NCBI GenBank assembly: GCA_963662795.1
Contig: OY759746.1
Location: forward strand, 2,816,001 to 2,880,000
Reading direction: 5' to 3'
DNA from: Spirochaetia bacterium
Lineage (GTDB): Bacteria > Spirochaetota > Spirochaetia > CADAEX01
Length of the DNA stretch: 64,000 nucleotides
The notes beneath the pieces are model-generated. The model was not told where the DNA came from, did no database searches, and saw only the letters and a list, made by a program, of their open reading frames with translations. Positions within the stretch are counted from its first letter, which is position 1. Each line of letters opens with the position of its first letter. This document shows positions 20,241 through 29,931 of this stretch, in pieces. A program made the position numbers and the translations under genes.

Positions 20241-21758
20241 ATGAAGAAATATTTAATTTTTGTGCTGGCTGCTGCAGTTTTTACCGCAGCGCTTTCAGCT
20301 GAAGCTGCCGTAGACAGGGAAGAGCTTGAGAAAAACCTCAGGGAAGTTGAATTCATAAATTATGAAGGGCCGAATGAAATTATTGAATCCAAAAGCGAAA
20401 TCATGTCCATAGGGCAGCTCCTTGCAGGGGCAATCTCTCCAGGTTCGGTTCAGGCTTCCATTCCGGGTAAATACAGGGTTCTGCATCTTCTGGACCCGTC
20501 AGAACCTGATAAAATGGGCGCCGATGTTTTTATACTTGAAAAAGGGGCAAAAGTTGACCACATAAGGAATTTGAGGCTTATCATCTCCTCATATCTTCAG
20601 AATATGTACAGCTACAGCAGCGGAGATTCCATGCTTATCGCGGAATTTATAACATATTACAATGCGGTCTACAGGGGGAATATCGGTTTTTTCTCGGATA
20701 GATACATAAATATGGTTCTTACAAATATTTCAGGCGAAAATGCAGGTATTGATATCAATTATGTTAACTGGCCGGGGAAAACAAGACTTGTAATTCCTCT
20801 TGAAAAATCTGCCGCTCCCGATCCTTTTGAGCTTGCTGAAAAAGATGTAATTGAAGATCTCCGCAAGGAAGAAGACATGGGGATAGAGCAAAGGAAAAAG
20901 ATTGTTGAGTTCCAGGAAGAATCAATTGCTGCCGGCAGGGATAATCTTGCAAAAAAAGAGGAAGAGGTAGCAAAGGGAGAGAAGGTAATAGCAGAGAAGG
21001 AAAAAGCTCTTGAAGAAAAAAAGAAAGAGATAAGTGAAAGCAAAGCATCTGAAGCTGAGAAAAATGAGAAAAAAAAGGAACTTGAAGCGGAAGAAGTAAA
21101 AATAGAAAAGGAAAAAGAAGCTCTTGCGGTTAAAAAGGAAGAGACTGAAACTGCAAAAAAGGAAATAGAAAAAAAGGAAGAGGCAATTTCTGAAGCACGG
21201 GATAAAATTGCCGAGGATTCAAATAAACTTATTGAGAAAAAGGAAGCTGCCCCGGGAGATAAGTCACTTGCGGCGGAAATGGAAAAAACCGCAGGAACCC
21301 CTTTTTTAAGGCTTGAAGAAGGCCCTCTTCCCAGATCAGGTAAATTTGTTTTTTTCAGCACTTCAAACAAGGTCGTTTCCATACCTGCAGATGCTCCTGT
21401 ATCTGCAGGAAGGCTTTACGCGGAAACTTCTTCAGGCTTTGTAATACCGGTAAATGACGGAAAAGGAAAATACAGCCTTTCCATTCTTGGGAAAAAAGAT
21501 CTTCTTCCTTTAAAGACCGGAACTGAAGAGGTGTGGAGCGGCTCATACATTCTTTTATCCGGGAAGGATATCTATTGCACCGCAAAAGAGTCCGGAGGAG
21601 GATGGGTTATCACGCGCTATACAGATAATCTTACTGCGGAAGCATTTTCCGAAATTGAGGCAGATCCTGATACCTTTATCCTTAAAAAGGATAACCTTAT
21701 TTTATTCCAGGATAATAAAGGCAATATAGTATCTGTTGACGCATCTACCCTTAAATAA
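20241..21758 (+). CDS. Spirochete P83/100-family protein
   Basis: Signal peptide, then VDREEL..VEFINYEGP, ADVFIL...AKVDHIRNLR, AEFITYYNAVYRG, WPGKT, and a K/E-rich coiled coil. Confidence 0.8.
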   Translation: MKKYLIFVLAAAVFTAALSAEAAVDREELEKNLREVEFINYEGPNEIIESKSEIMSIGQLLAGAISPGSVQASIPGKYRVLHLLDPSEPDKMGADVFILEKGAKVDHIRNLRLIISSYLQNMYSYSSGDSMLIAEFITYYNAVYRGNIGFFSDRYINMVLTNISGENAGIDINYVNWPGKTRLVIPLEKSAAPDPFELAEKDVIEDLRKEEDMGIEQRKKIVEFQEESIAAGRDNLAKKEEEVAKGEKVIAEKEKALEEKKKEISESKASEAEKNEKKKELEAEEVKIEKEKEALAVKKEETETAKKEIEKKEEAISEARDKIAEDSNKLIEKKEAAPGDKSLAAEMEKTAGTPFLRLEEGPLPRSGKFVFFSTSNKVVSIPADAPVSAGRLYAETSSGFVIPVNDGKGKYSLSILGKKDLLPLKTGTEEVWSGSYILLSGKDIYCTAKESGGGWVITRYTDNLTAEAFSEIEADPDTFILKKDNLILFQDNKGNIVSVDASTLK

Positions 21759-21778
21759 TCCGTTTTTCAGCCGCGGAA

Positions 21779-23011
21779 TCATTCAACAAGAAGGGCGGTT
21801 GTCTTCAGATAACTGCCTTCCGGAAATGATATTTTCCGTGTGTGGTCGGCTGCCTGGCTGAAGTCAGCTATTATGGACGCCTCTTTTCCCGCCTGTCCGG
21901 AAGCAAGGCGCAGCATGTTTGTGAACTCTGCCCAGCCGATCATCCCCGAACAGGAGCTGCTTACCAGTACCGTACCGGAAGAGGAAGCCTCAAAACACAT
22001 CCTGTTGAGATTTGTATATCCTTTCAGGGCATCTGCTGTGTGTTCCCGCTTTTTGGCAAATGCCGGCGGATCGCAGATAATAATGTCATAAGCTCCCAAT
22101 CTCCTCTCTTTCAACAGGCGGGCAAGAAAATCAAAGACATCTTCACGTATGAATTCTGTTCTGATATTTTTTAACCATGGGAAATTTCCCCCGGTGTTTT
22201 TGACTTTAGAAATGTTAACTGCAAATATTTCTCTTGCGATCTCAAGCGCCCGCTCTGAAGCGTCAACACTTGTTATTTCTGATGCGCCTCCTGCTGCGGC
22301 TGATATGGAAAAGCCCCCCGTATATGAAAACAGGTTAAGCACCCTTTTCCCTTTTGACATCCTTTTTATAAAAATACGGGCGTCTCTCTGGTCAAGATAG
22401 AAACCGGTTTTCTGCCCTTCAAGCATGTCCGAAATCATGGTGATCCCGTTTTCATTAAAAAACGCAGTCCCCGTACTCCCGCCGTATCTGATTACAGGAT
22501 CAAGCGCTTTAAGATTATCCATTTTCCTGTTATCCATGTCTGATTTTTCAGCAATTGATACCGGTTTAAATACGGCAGCGAGAGCCTCAATTATGTTATG
22601 CCGCATAACTTCCATTGCGGCTGTGTTTATCTGGAATACTATGTTGTCCCCGTATATGTCAACAACAAGCCCGGGCATCATGTCGGCATCAGCATGTACC
22701 AGCCGGTATCCGTCTGTTTCAGCAGGAAGCTGTTCTTTTTTGACCGATGCAAGGGATTTAAAACGTTCCATGAAAAAATTCACATCGATTGATTCATTTC
22801 TTTTTCTGGTTAAAACTCTTACCCTGATGCTGTTGCCCTGATGAAATGAACCTGTAGCAAGGTATTCCCCTGAGGAGGAATAAATGTCGGCTATTTCACC
22901 GTTTGAAATTTTACCTTCCGTTTTTTCAATTCCGCCCGAGAAAATCCAGGGGTGTCCGGCCTTAACCGGTATATCTTTCCCTTTTTTAAGGGTAATTTTT
23001 TTATTGCTCAT
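21779..23011 (-). CDS. rlmI: PUA-domain rRNA m5C methyltransferase, RlmI/YccW family
   Basis: GHPWIFS, D.MPGLVVD.Y, GQKTGFYLDQR, VLNLFSYTGGF, DPPAF, SSCS, PEGSYLK. Confidence 0.88.
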   Translation of the reverse strand: MSNKKITLKKGKDIPVKAGHPWIFSGGIEKTEGKISNGEIADIYSSSGEYLATGSFHQGNSIRVRVLTRKRNESIDVNFFMERFKSLASVKKEQLPAETDGYRLVHADADMMPGLVVDIYGDNIVFQINTAAMEVMRHNIIEALAAVFKPVSIAEKSDMDNRKMDNLKALDPVIRYGGSTGTAFFNENGITMISDMLEGQKTGFYLDQRDARIFIKRMSKGKRVLNLFSYTGGFSISAAAGGASEITSVDASERALEIAREIFAVNISKVKNTGGNFPWLKNIRTEFIREDVFDFLARLLKERRLGAYDIIICDPPAFAKKREHTADALKGYTNLNRMCFEASSSGTVLVSSSCSGMIGWAEFTNMLRLASGQAGKEASIIADFSQAADHTRKISFPEGSYLKTTALLVE

Positions 23012-23034
23012 AATAAGAGCAATTTATCATATTT
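23011..23034 (-). promoter_or_regulatory. Extended -10 promoter motif, copy 1 of a 24-bp element
   Basis: Minus strand reads AAATATGATAAATTGCTCTTATTA, whose last A is the A of the rlmI ATG; 22/24 identical to 44679-44702. Confidence 0.6.
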
Positions 23035-23094
23035 TAATAGTTGGTTGAATCTTAAATAAATTAAATCTTATGAAATAATCAAATGAATTGTCAC

Positions 23095-23132
23095 AAAAAA
23101 AGCTGCCATGCGTTAAATTACATGACAGCTTT
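23095..23132 (-). terminator. Intrinsic terminator of hflKC
   Basis: Stem AAAGCTGCCATG / CATGACAGCTTT followed on the minus strand by a T run. Confidence 0.7.
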
Positions 23133-23156
23133 GAATCATAAGATTAAAATCTTTTA

Positions 23157-24161
23157 CTATCTGGGAGACTGCTCATTTAAGTATTTGAAATATTCCATAT
23201 CTGTAGTAAGTACCTTGTTAAACATTGGCAGAGTCTGTCTGTAGCTTTCAATAGATCTCCAGAACTCAAAAAAATCAGGATCTTTTGAATATGCTGATGC
23301 ATAAATTATAGTTGCAGAAGCATCAGCTTTACCTTTAATCTCTTCAGATGTTTTATAAGCTTCAGAGAGAATAGTTTTCTGTTCATTCTGCAGTTTACCA
23401 AACCATTCAGCTTTTTTACCTTCACCGTATGATCTGTAAGCCTGAGCTACCTGGTTTCTGTCTTTGATCATTCTGCTGTAAACACTTTCTGTAAGGTCAT
23501 CAGAATACCTGATCTGTCTTATAATTATATCTATCAGCTCGATACCATACTGGGGTGTAATTGTACTTGCAGCTTTAAGAATTTCAACAGAAAGTAATTC
23601 CCTGCCTTTTTCTATTATTTCAAACTTGATGGCAGATGCCATGCTTTCAAGATCAAGCAGTTCTTTCTGCATACCTGTCTCTTCAACAGCAGTCCCTTCT
23701 CCAATAACAAGGGCAGGAGTCTGACTCTTGTTAAGAATATCTGAATTCCTAACAGCTTCCCTGAGCGAATTCTTGGATATAATTGTTCTGACTGATGAAT
23801 CAATAACCTCATCAAGTCTTCCGTAAGCACTTTCCATATAAGTTACTGATTCATAGAATTTCGCAGGATCAACTATTTTCCATCTTGCAGTTGTATCTAC
23901 CCATATAAAGAGGTTTTCCTTGGTAGGAATACTCTGCGCTGCTCCGTCCCATGAAAGCATTTTCTTGGAATACTTTATAACATTGTCAATAAAAGGCATC
24001 TTTAATTTCAGCCCTGCTTCAGTTTGAGTATCCATGATTTTTCCGAATCTGATAACTACTGCCTGCTGGCCTTCTTCAAGAATATAAAAAGGACCCATTG
24101 CAATAAGTATTATTACGAGAACAATAATTGTAATAAAAACAGTTATGAATTTTTTGTTCAT
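23157..24161 (-). CDS. hflC: FtsH protease modulator HflC
   Basis: SPFH domain, VDTTARWKI.DP..FY, AQAYRSYGEG, DPDFFEFWRSIESY. Confidence 0.93.
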   Translation of the reverse strand: MNKKFITVFITIIVLVIILIAMGPFYILEEGQQAVVIRFGKIMDTQTEAGLKLKMPFIDNVIKYSKKMLSWDGAAQSIPTKENLFIWVDTTARWKIVDPAKFYESVTYMESAYGRLDEVIDSSVRTIISKNSLREAVRNSDILNKSQTPALVIGEGTAVEETGMQKELLDLESMASAIKFEIIEKGRELLSVEILKAASTITPQYGIELIDIIIRQIRYSDDLTESVYSRMIKDRNQVAQAYRSYGEGKKAEWFGKLQNEQKTILSEAYKTSEEIKGKADASATIIYASAYSKDPDFFEFWRSIESYRQTLPMFNKVLTTDMEYFKYLNEQSPR

Positions 24162-25144
24162 TTCACACCTCCTGTATTCTGAAGGTTTTTAAGTGGCAGA
24201 AAATTTTTCAGATTTTTATCAATCAGATCAGTATTTTCCTTGTTTTTAAACACTTCCTCAATCATTTCTATATAAAGCCTGGTTCTTGTTACATCCCTGC
24301 TGTTTCTGTATTCATTATAAACAGAGTTAAACCTTGCAACATCACCTTTAGCTCTATTCTCCCTTTCAGCCGCATAACCGAGAGCTTCCTGAATTAGCTT
24401 ATCAGCCTCTCCTCTCGCCTTTGGTATTTCCTTGTTGTAAGCTTCTTTACCTTCATTGATAAGCCGGTTCATATCCTGCTGTGCCTTGTTTACATCTTCA
24501 AAAGAATCCTGAACAGTACCAACCGGAGGAACAATATTTCTAAGCTTAACAGTAGTCACGTTTATGCCAAGATGATAGGCTTTAAGTGTTAAATTGATAA
24601 GTTCATTTCCTCTTGCCTCAATTTCAGCTCTTTCCTTGCCAATAACGTCAAATAACCCTCTGTCTCCAACAAGCATATTGATTATTGATTGTGAAATATC
24701 CCTTATTGTTCTTTCTCTGTCTTCAACATTGAAAAGCCATGCCATAGGATCTGAAATTCTGTACTGTATAATCCATTCTACATCAATTATATTCAGATCT
24801 CCTGTAAGCATAATTGATTCTTCAGGATAATCTTTTGTTGCGTATACAGATGTCACTCCGGGACGTTCTGTTCTGAATCCGAATGACATTGTCTGAATAA
24901 CCTGTGTAGGAACATTATAATTCTTTTCAATACCGAATGGCGCTTTCAGATGAAGACCTGCTTCTGTAATCCTGTTAAATTGCCCTAACCTTAAAACTAC
25001 TGCCTGCTCAGTCTGGTCTACCATATAAAATGTTGAGACACCGATAAAACCTGCCAAAAGCACTATAATAAAAATAATTATTAATTTAGGGTTTATTTTT
25101 ATATTCGGTGGTCTGAAATTCATATTAAAATTACCGTCGCCCAT
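24158..25144 (-). CDS. hflK: FtsH protease modulator HflK
   Basis: GLHLKAPFGIE, MLTGDLNI, SFEDVNKAQQD, A.GDVARF, VTRTRLYIE. ATG at 25144 follows AAGGAGGAGGG. Confidence 0.93.
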   Translation of the reverse strand: MGDGNFNMNFRPPNIKINPKLIIIFIIVLLAGFIGVSTFYMVDQTEQAVVLRLGQFNRITEAGLHLKAPFGIEKNYNVPTQVIQTMSFGFRTERPGVTSVYATKDYPEESIMLTGDLNIIDVEWIIQYRISDPMAWLFNVEDRERTIRDISQSIINMLVGDRGLFDVIGKERAEIEARGNELINLTLKAYHLGINVTTVKLRNIVPPVGTVQDSFEDVNKAQQDMNRLINEGKEAYNKEIPKARGEADKLIQEALGYAAERENRAKGDVARFNSVYNEYRNSRDVTRTRLYIEMIEEVFKNKENTDLIDKNLKNFLPLKNLQNTGGVK

Positions 25145-25264
25145 GTATCCCTCCTCCTTTATCAAAATAGTTTACTTATAAATTCAAAGTTACTTAAGAG
25201 AAGCCCTCTGGTCAAGGGAAATTGAATTATAATATAGAACAATAATGTAGTTTAACCAGCTTAC

Positions 25265-25293
25265 TTGACATTAAAAAAACTGAAACATATAGT
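25265..25293 (+). promoter_or_regulatory. sigma70 promoter of metG (leaderless or near-leaderless)
   Basis: TTGACA-N17-TATAGT ends 8 nt before the ATG at 25302; no Shine-Dalgarno. Confidence 0.7.
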
Positions 25294-25301
25294 AAAATGC
25301 C

Positions 25302-27512
25302 ATGAAAAAAAGACTTATAACATCAGCATTACCTTATGTAAACAACATTCCGCATCTTGGAAACCTTATACAGGTTTTATCAGCAGATGTATTTGCCAGA
25401 TTCTGCCGCCTTAAAGGGTATGAAACACTTTATATATGCGGGACAGACGAATACGGAACCGCGACAGAGACAAAAGCGCTTGAGGAAGGAATTACCCCGA
25501 AAGAGCTTTGCGACAGGTTTCATAAAGTCCATCGCGATATCTATCAATGGTTCAACATATCATTTGACAGATTCGGAAGAACTTCTACACCGAAACATAC
25601 AGAAATAACGCAGGGGCTTTTTAACGCCCTTGATAAAAAAGGCTATATCCGGGAAAGAACAATAGAACAGCTTTATTGCGCAAAATGCGAGAGATTTCTC
25701 GCAGACAGATATGTAAGGGGCATCTGCCCGTCCTGCGGCTATGATGACGCAAGGGGAGATCAGTGCGAAAGCTGCGGGAAGCTGCTTGACCCGACAGAAC
25801 TTGTATCTCCCCGCTGCGGTGTGTGTTCCGGAGAACCTGCCCTGAAATCGACAAATCATCTTTACATAGATTTACCAGCAATAATTCCCCTCCTTGAGGA
25901 ATGGATAAATAAACGATCGGTGGAAGGGTTCTGGGCAAGAAACGCGCTCCAGATGACAAAAAGCTGGATGAGGGACGGTCTCAAGGAAAGGTGTATCACC
26001 AGGGACCTCAAGTGGGGTATTCCAGTCCCGAAAGACGGATACCGCGACAAGGTATTCTATGTCTGGTTTGATGCCCCGATCGGATATATCTCCATTGCCG
26101 CAAATCATACAGATGAATGGGAAGCATGGTGGAAAAATCCGGATAATGTAAAGCTTTTCCAGTTTATCGGTAAGGATAATATTCCTTTTCATACTGTAAT
26201 CTTTCCGTCAACACTGCTCGGGTCGGGTGAGAACTGGACTACTCTTTTTCACATGTCTTCAACTGAATACCTGAATTATGAAAGCGGGAAATTTTCCAAA
26301 AGCAAGGGGATAGGTATTTTCGGGACAGACTGCCAGGAAACAGGGATTCCCTCGGATGTATGGAGATTCTATATTTTTTACAACAGGCCTGAAAAATCTG
26401 ATGCGCTTTTTACATGGAAGGATTTTCAGGAAAAGGTCAACTCCGAACTCATCGGAAATCTCGGCAATCTTATAAACAGGACGCTTACCTTTGCCGCAAG
26501 ATTCTATGACGGGAAGGTGCTTGACGGCGCAAAGCGCAGGGACTCTGATTTCTGGAAACAGGTAAGAGTATATGAAGAGCGTATAACATCTCATCTTGAC
26601 AGGGCAGAGCTGAGGGATGCCTTTCATGCGGTTTTTGAGCTTTCAGGATACGGGAACAAGACTTTTCAGGATTCAGAACCATGGAAAATGAAAAATGAAG
26701 ATCCGAAGGCAGCGCATGAACTGATTTCCGACCTTGTTTATCTTGTCCGCGATATAGCGCTGCTGATTCAGCCGTTTACCCCTTTTACTTCAAAAAGAGT
26801 ACTTGATTTTATGGGCTGTGAAGATTTCACCTGGGATAAACTTGGAGATCCTTCAGGAGAAATAAGGAAAATGGAACCAGAGATATGTTTTGAAAAACTT
26901 GAGGATGAGCTGATTGAAAGTTTAAGGGAAAGATTCAAGGGCAGCCAGAAGGAGAGAGCAATGGAACAGAATGCGGAAAAAAAATCCGATGCCGTGGAAG
27001 TATCAATGGAAAAAAAATACTCTGAAACTGTTGACCTGAGGATCGCTAAAATAAAAGAAATAAAAAAACATCCTGAAGCGGAAAAACTCTATATTGAAAC
27101 ACTTGACCTTGGAAGCGGTGAAGAGCGGCAGATCGTGTCAGGACTTGTCCCGTATTATAAAGAAGAAGAACTTCTGGGTAAAAACATTATTGTAGTTTAC
27201 AATCTTAAACCGGCAAAACTCAGGGGTGCAGAGAGCAACGGGATGCTGCTTGCGGCGGAAAATGCGGAAACACCGGAAGGGGAAGAGAGGACAGTCGAGG
27301 TGCTTTTTGCAGATTATGCAAATCCGGGAGACCGTGTTCTGCTTTCAGGTTTAAGCGCTCCTGAAGAGGATTTAAAGAGGATCACGATCGATAAATTTTT
27401 TGAAAATACCCTTGAAGTAAGGAATAATATTGTTTACTGCGGAAACGCGGCTCTTGTTGCCGCCGGAAAAGAGATTAAAACATCCAGGGTACAGGCCGGC
27501 AAAGTCGGCTGA
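25302..27512 (+). CDS. metG: Methionine-tRNA ligase with C-terminal tRNA-binding domain
   Basis: TSALPYVN..PHLGN, GTDEYG, four CxxC pairs, YVWFDAP, KFSKS, C-terminal NLKPAKLRG.ESNGMLLA. Confidence 0.97.
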   Translation: MKKRLITSALPYVNNIPHLGNLIQVLSADVFARFCRLKGYETLYICGTDEYGTATETKALEEGITPKELCDRFHKVHRDIYQWFNISFDRFGRTSTPKHTEITQGLFNALDKKGYIRERTIEQLYCAKCERFLADRYVRGICPSCGYDDARGDQCESCGKLLDPTELVSPRCGVCSGEPALKSTNHLYIDLPAIIPLLEEWINKRSVEGFWARNALQMTKSWMRDGLKERCITRDLKWGIPVPKDGYRDKVFYVWFDAPIGYISIAANHTDEWEAWWKNPDNVKLFQFIGKDNIPFHTVIFPSTLLGSGENWTTLFHMSSTEYLNYESGKFSKSKGIGIFGTDCQETGIPSDVWRFYIFYNRPEKSDALFTWKDFQEKVNSELIGNLGNLINRTLTFAARFYDGKVLDGAKRRDSDFWKQVRVYEERITSHLDRAELRDAFHAVFELSGYGNKTFQDSEPWKMKNEDPKAAHELISDLVYLVRDIALLIQPFTPFTSKRVLDFMGCEDFTWDKLGDPSGEIRKMEPEICFEKLEDELIESLRERFKGSQKERAMEQNAEKKSDAVEVSMEKKYSETVDLRIAKIKEIKKHPEAEKLYIETLDLGSGEERQIVSGLVPYYKEEELLGKNIIVVYNLKPAKLRGAESNGMLLAAENAETPEGEERTVEVLFADYANPGDRVLLSGLSAPEEDLKRITIDKFFENTLEVRNNIVYCGNAALVAAGKEIKTSRVQAGKVG

Positions 27513-27533
27513 AAAAGAGGCTAAGTCTCTGTA

Positions 27534-28553
27534 ATGAGAAATACATTTTCACTTTCCATGGCAGATGATAATAATCTGCCTGAGCCCTGTGAAGGGCATT
27601 CTTTTCTTCAGAGCAGGCAGTGGGCCCTTCTTAAAGCCTCATTCGGCTGGAAACCTCTCTATCTTTCCCTGGACGGGAAAAGTCTGATAATTCTTATAAG
27701 AGAATTCCTGCCCGGCTTTTCTTTAGCCTATGTTCCTCATGCACCGGATGAAAGTTACAGAGAATCACTTGAAGATATCTCACTTGTCGTCAGAAAGTAT
27801 CTGCCGGGGGGCTGTATTTTTATACGCTACGATCTTATCTGGAATAAAGGGAATTCTCCCCTCACACCATTTGTAAAATCGGTTTCCGATATTCAGCCCC
27901 CTTCAACTGTGATAATAGACCTTTCCGGAAACAAAGAGAGCCTGCTTGCGGGAATGAAGAGTAAAACCCGCTATAATATAAAGCTTTCGGCAAAAAAAGG
28001 GGTATCTGTCCGCAGGTACGGAGCGGAACTTCTGGATAAGTGGTATGATATTTACAGAGAAACCGGAGAAAGGGATAAAATATCGCTCCATTCTTATGCT
28101 TATTACAGGAAAATATTCGAAATTGCCGGGAATCCTTCACTTCAGGGTGATTCACCAATAGACATAAGACTTTATATGGCAGAAACGGAAGGGCAGTTTA
28201 TTGCCGGAATAATTACATGTTTTTACAAAGGGAACGCTGTTTACCTTTACGGCGCTTCCGGAAATACAGGCAGGGATAAAATGCCCTCCTATGCCCTTCA
28301 GTGGCAGGCAATATGCGACGCTAAAGATGAGGGGTGCTTAACATATGATATGTTCGGGATACCGCCGGCAGATGACCCCGCTCACCCCATGCACGGACTT
28401 TACAGGTTTAAAACAGGGTTCGGAGGTGTAATTCTTCATATGGCGGGATGTTATGACTTTCCGCTGAATAAATCCAAATACTATTGCTACAGGGTTGCGG
28501 AAAAAGGTAGATATTTTTATTATAAAAGACTCAGGAAGAATAAAATAAAATGA
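27534..28553 (+). CDS. FemAB/MurM-family tRNA-dependent peptidoglycan side-chain aminoacyltransferase
   Basis: SFLQS..W..LK...GW, KSKTRYNIKLS.KKGV, YLYGAS, YALQW.AI..AK..G...YDMFG, GLYRFKTGFGG. Confidence 0.9.
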   Translation: MRNTFSLSMADDNNLPEPCEGHSFLQSRQWALLKASFGWKPLYLSLDGKSLIILIREFLPGFSLAYVPHAPDESYRESLEDISLVVRKYLPGGCIFIRYDLIWNKGNSPLTPFVKSVSDIQPPSTVIIDLSGNKESLLAGMKSKTRYNIKLSAKKGVSVRRYGAELLDKWYDIYRETGERDKISLHSYAYYRKIFEIAGNPSLQGDSPIDIRLYMAETEGQFIAGIITCFYKGNAVYLYGASGNTGRDKMPSYALQWQAICDAKDEGCLTYDMFGIPPADDPAHPMHGLYRFKTGFGGVILHMAGCYDFPLNKSKYYCYRVAEKGRYFYYKRLRKNKIK

Positions 28554-29926
28554 ACCGTAATGAAAAAGAGTTTGAGGAACTGCAGTCAGCTGTTTCCGAA
28601 CTGGAAAAACAGAACAGACATTATAAGGCGGCTCTGGATAAAAGCTGGTCTGTAATTGAGACAATACTGGAAAGCTCAAATATTCTCTTTACCTGCTTTT
28701 CTGAAAGCGACAGCACATTCTACTGGAACAGGGGATGTGAAAAGCATCTTCTTTATAAAAAGGAAGAACTTGGGGCTTTTATAAAATCATCTGAAGAATG
28801 GGCCGGGTTCCTTAAAAGAAGATTCATTTCCGCTGAAAAAAATAGTGATAAAAACACTTCAAAAGAGAGATCGGATGTTCACAAGACAGGTAAAAACCTG
28901 GTTTTTGACGGAGTTTTCCATGAATATACGGTTGAAGTTAAGGACGGCACTCTTCGTACGCAGATGTGGGCATTTTATAAAGTAAAAAAAGACAGGTTTG
29001 CAGCGGAAGGTTATGACATAACTGATAAAAAGAAAAAGTCACTGGACCTGGAAAAGACAATACTGGAATTCGAAACTCTTTTTAATAATACCTCTATCGG
29101 CATAGCTGAACTTAAGGAAGGGAGAACAATAAAAAAAGTCAACAAAAGGATCTGTGAATATTTCGGCTACAGCGAAGAAGAGCTTACAGGAAAAAGTGTT
29201 GAAATAATACATTTATCAAACAAGAAATATGAGGAATTCGGGAAAAAATATTACAGCACACTTGTTGACGGAAGGGTAATTGAGACTGAATATCAGCTCA
29301 AGGCAAAAGACGGAAGAATACTCTGGTGTTCACTCTATGGTAAGGCTGTAAATCCTCCTCATCTTAATGACGGTATTATATGGGTTGTAGCGGATATTAC
29401 GGAAAAAAAACAGATGCAGGAAGAGCTTCATCTGCTCGCTACAACTGATTCACTTACAGGCGTCTGCAATCACCGGAGTTTTTACGATAAAGCGAAAGAT
29501 GTTTTTAACAGAACTTCGAGATATGGGAAACAATTCAGCGTACTGATGATAGATATAGATAATTTCAAGCAGATAAACGATACATGCGGCCATGATACAG
29601 GAGATAATCTGCTGAAAAAAATGTGTGAAAACTGTAAAACACTTATAAGGGAAATTGATACTTTAGGCAGGGTGGGCGGAGAAGAGTTCTCGGTTATACT
29701 TGAAGAGGTCACTAAACAGGAAGCAATGATTGTCGCCGAAAGGATCAGGAAAAGGCTGGATAATCTTTTGATTGACTGCGGAGCAGGGCACCTTAAATTT
29801 TCTGTAAGCATTGGTGTTTCCGGATATACTTCAGATGATGTGTCTTTTTCCGATGTAATAAAAAGGGCAGATAATGCACTCTATGAAGCTAAAAGAAGCG
29901 GCCGGAACAGGGTCGTTTTTAACTGA
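28550..29926 (+). CDS. PAS-domain diguanylate cyclase
   Basis: PAS/PAC domain, D.LTG, DIDNFKQINDT.GH..GD, I-site RxxD (REID), GGEEF, AD.ALY.AK..GRN. Confidence 0.92.
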   Translation: MNRNEKEFEELQSAVSELEKQNRHYKAALDKSWSVIETILESSNILFTCFSESDSTFYWNRGCEKHLLYKKEELGAFIKSSEEWAGFLKRRFISAEKNSDKNTSKERSDVHKTGKNLVFDGVFHEYTVEVKDGTLRTQMWAFYKVKKDRFAAEGYDITDKKKKSLDLEKTILEFETLFNNTSIGIAELKEGRTIKKVNKRICEYFGYSEEELTGKSVEIIHLSNKKYEEFGKKYYSTLVDGRVIETEYQLKAKDGRILWCSLYGKAVNPPHLNDGIIWVVADITEKKQMQEELHLLATTDSLTGVCNHRSFYDKAKDVFNRTSRYGKQFSVLMIDIDNFKQINDTCGHDTGDNLLKKMCENCKTLIREIDTLGRVGGEEFSVILEEVTKQEAMIVAERIRKRLDNLLIDCGAGHLKFSVSIGVSGYTSDDVSFSDVIKRADNALYEAKRSGRNRVVFN

Positions 29927-29931
29927 CTTCC

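Noticed and set aside
20759-21382. 207-aa Ser/Phe-rich antisense ORF and apparent repeats
   Set aside because: Mirror of the K/E-rich coiled coil of P83/100; not a gene or a repeat array.
25166-25301. T-box or SAM riboswitch upstream of metG
   Set aside because: No such motif is visible, and the promoter leaves no room for a leader.
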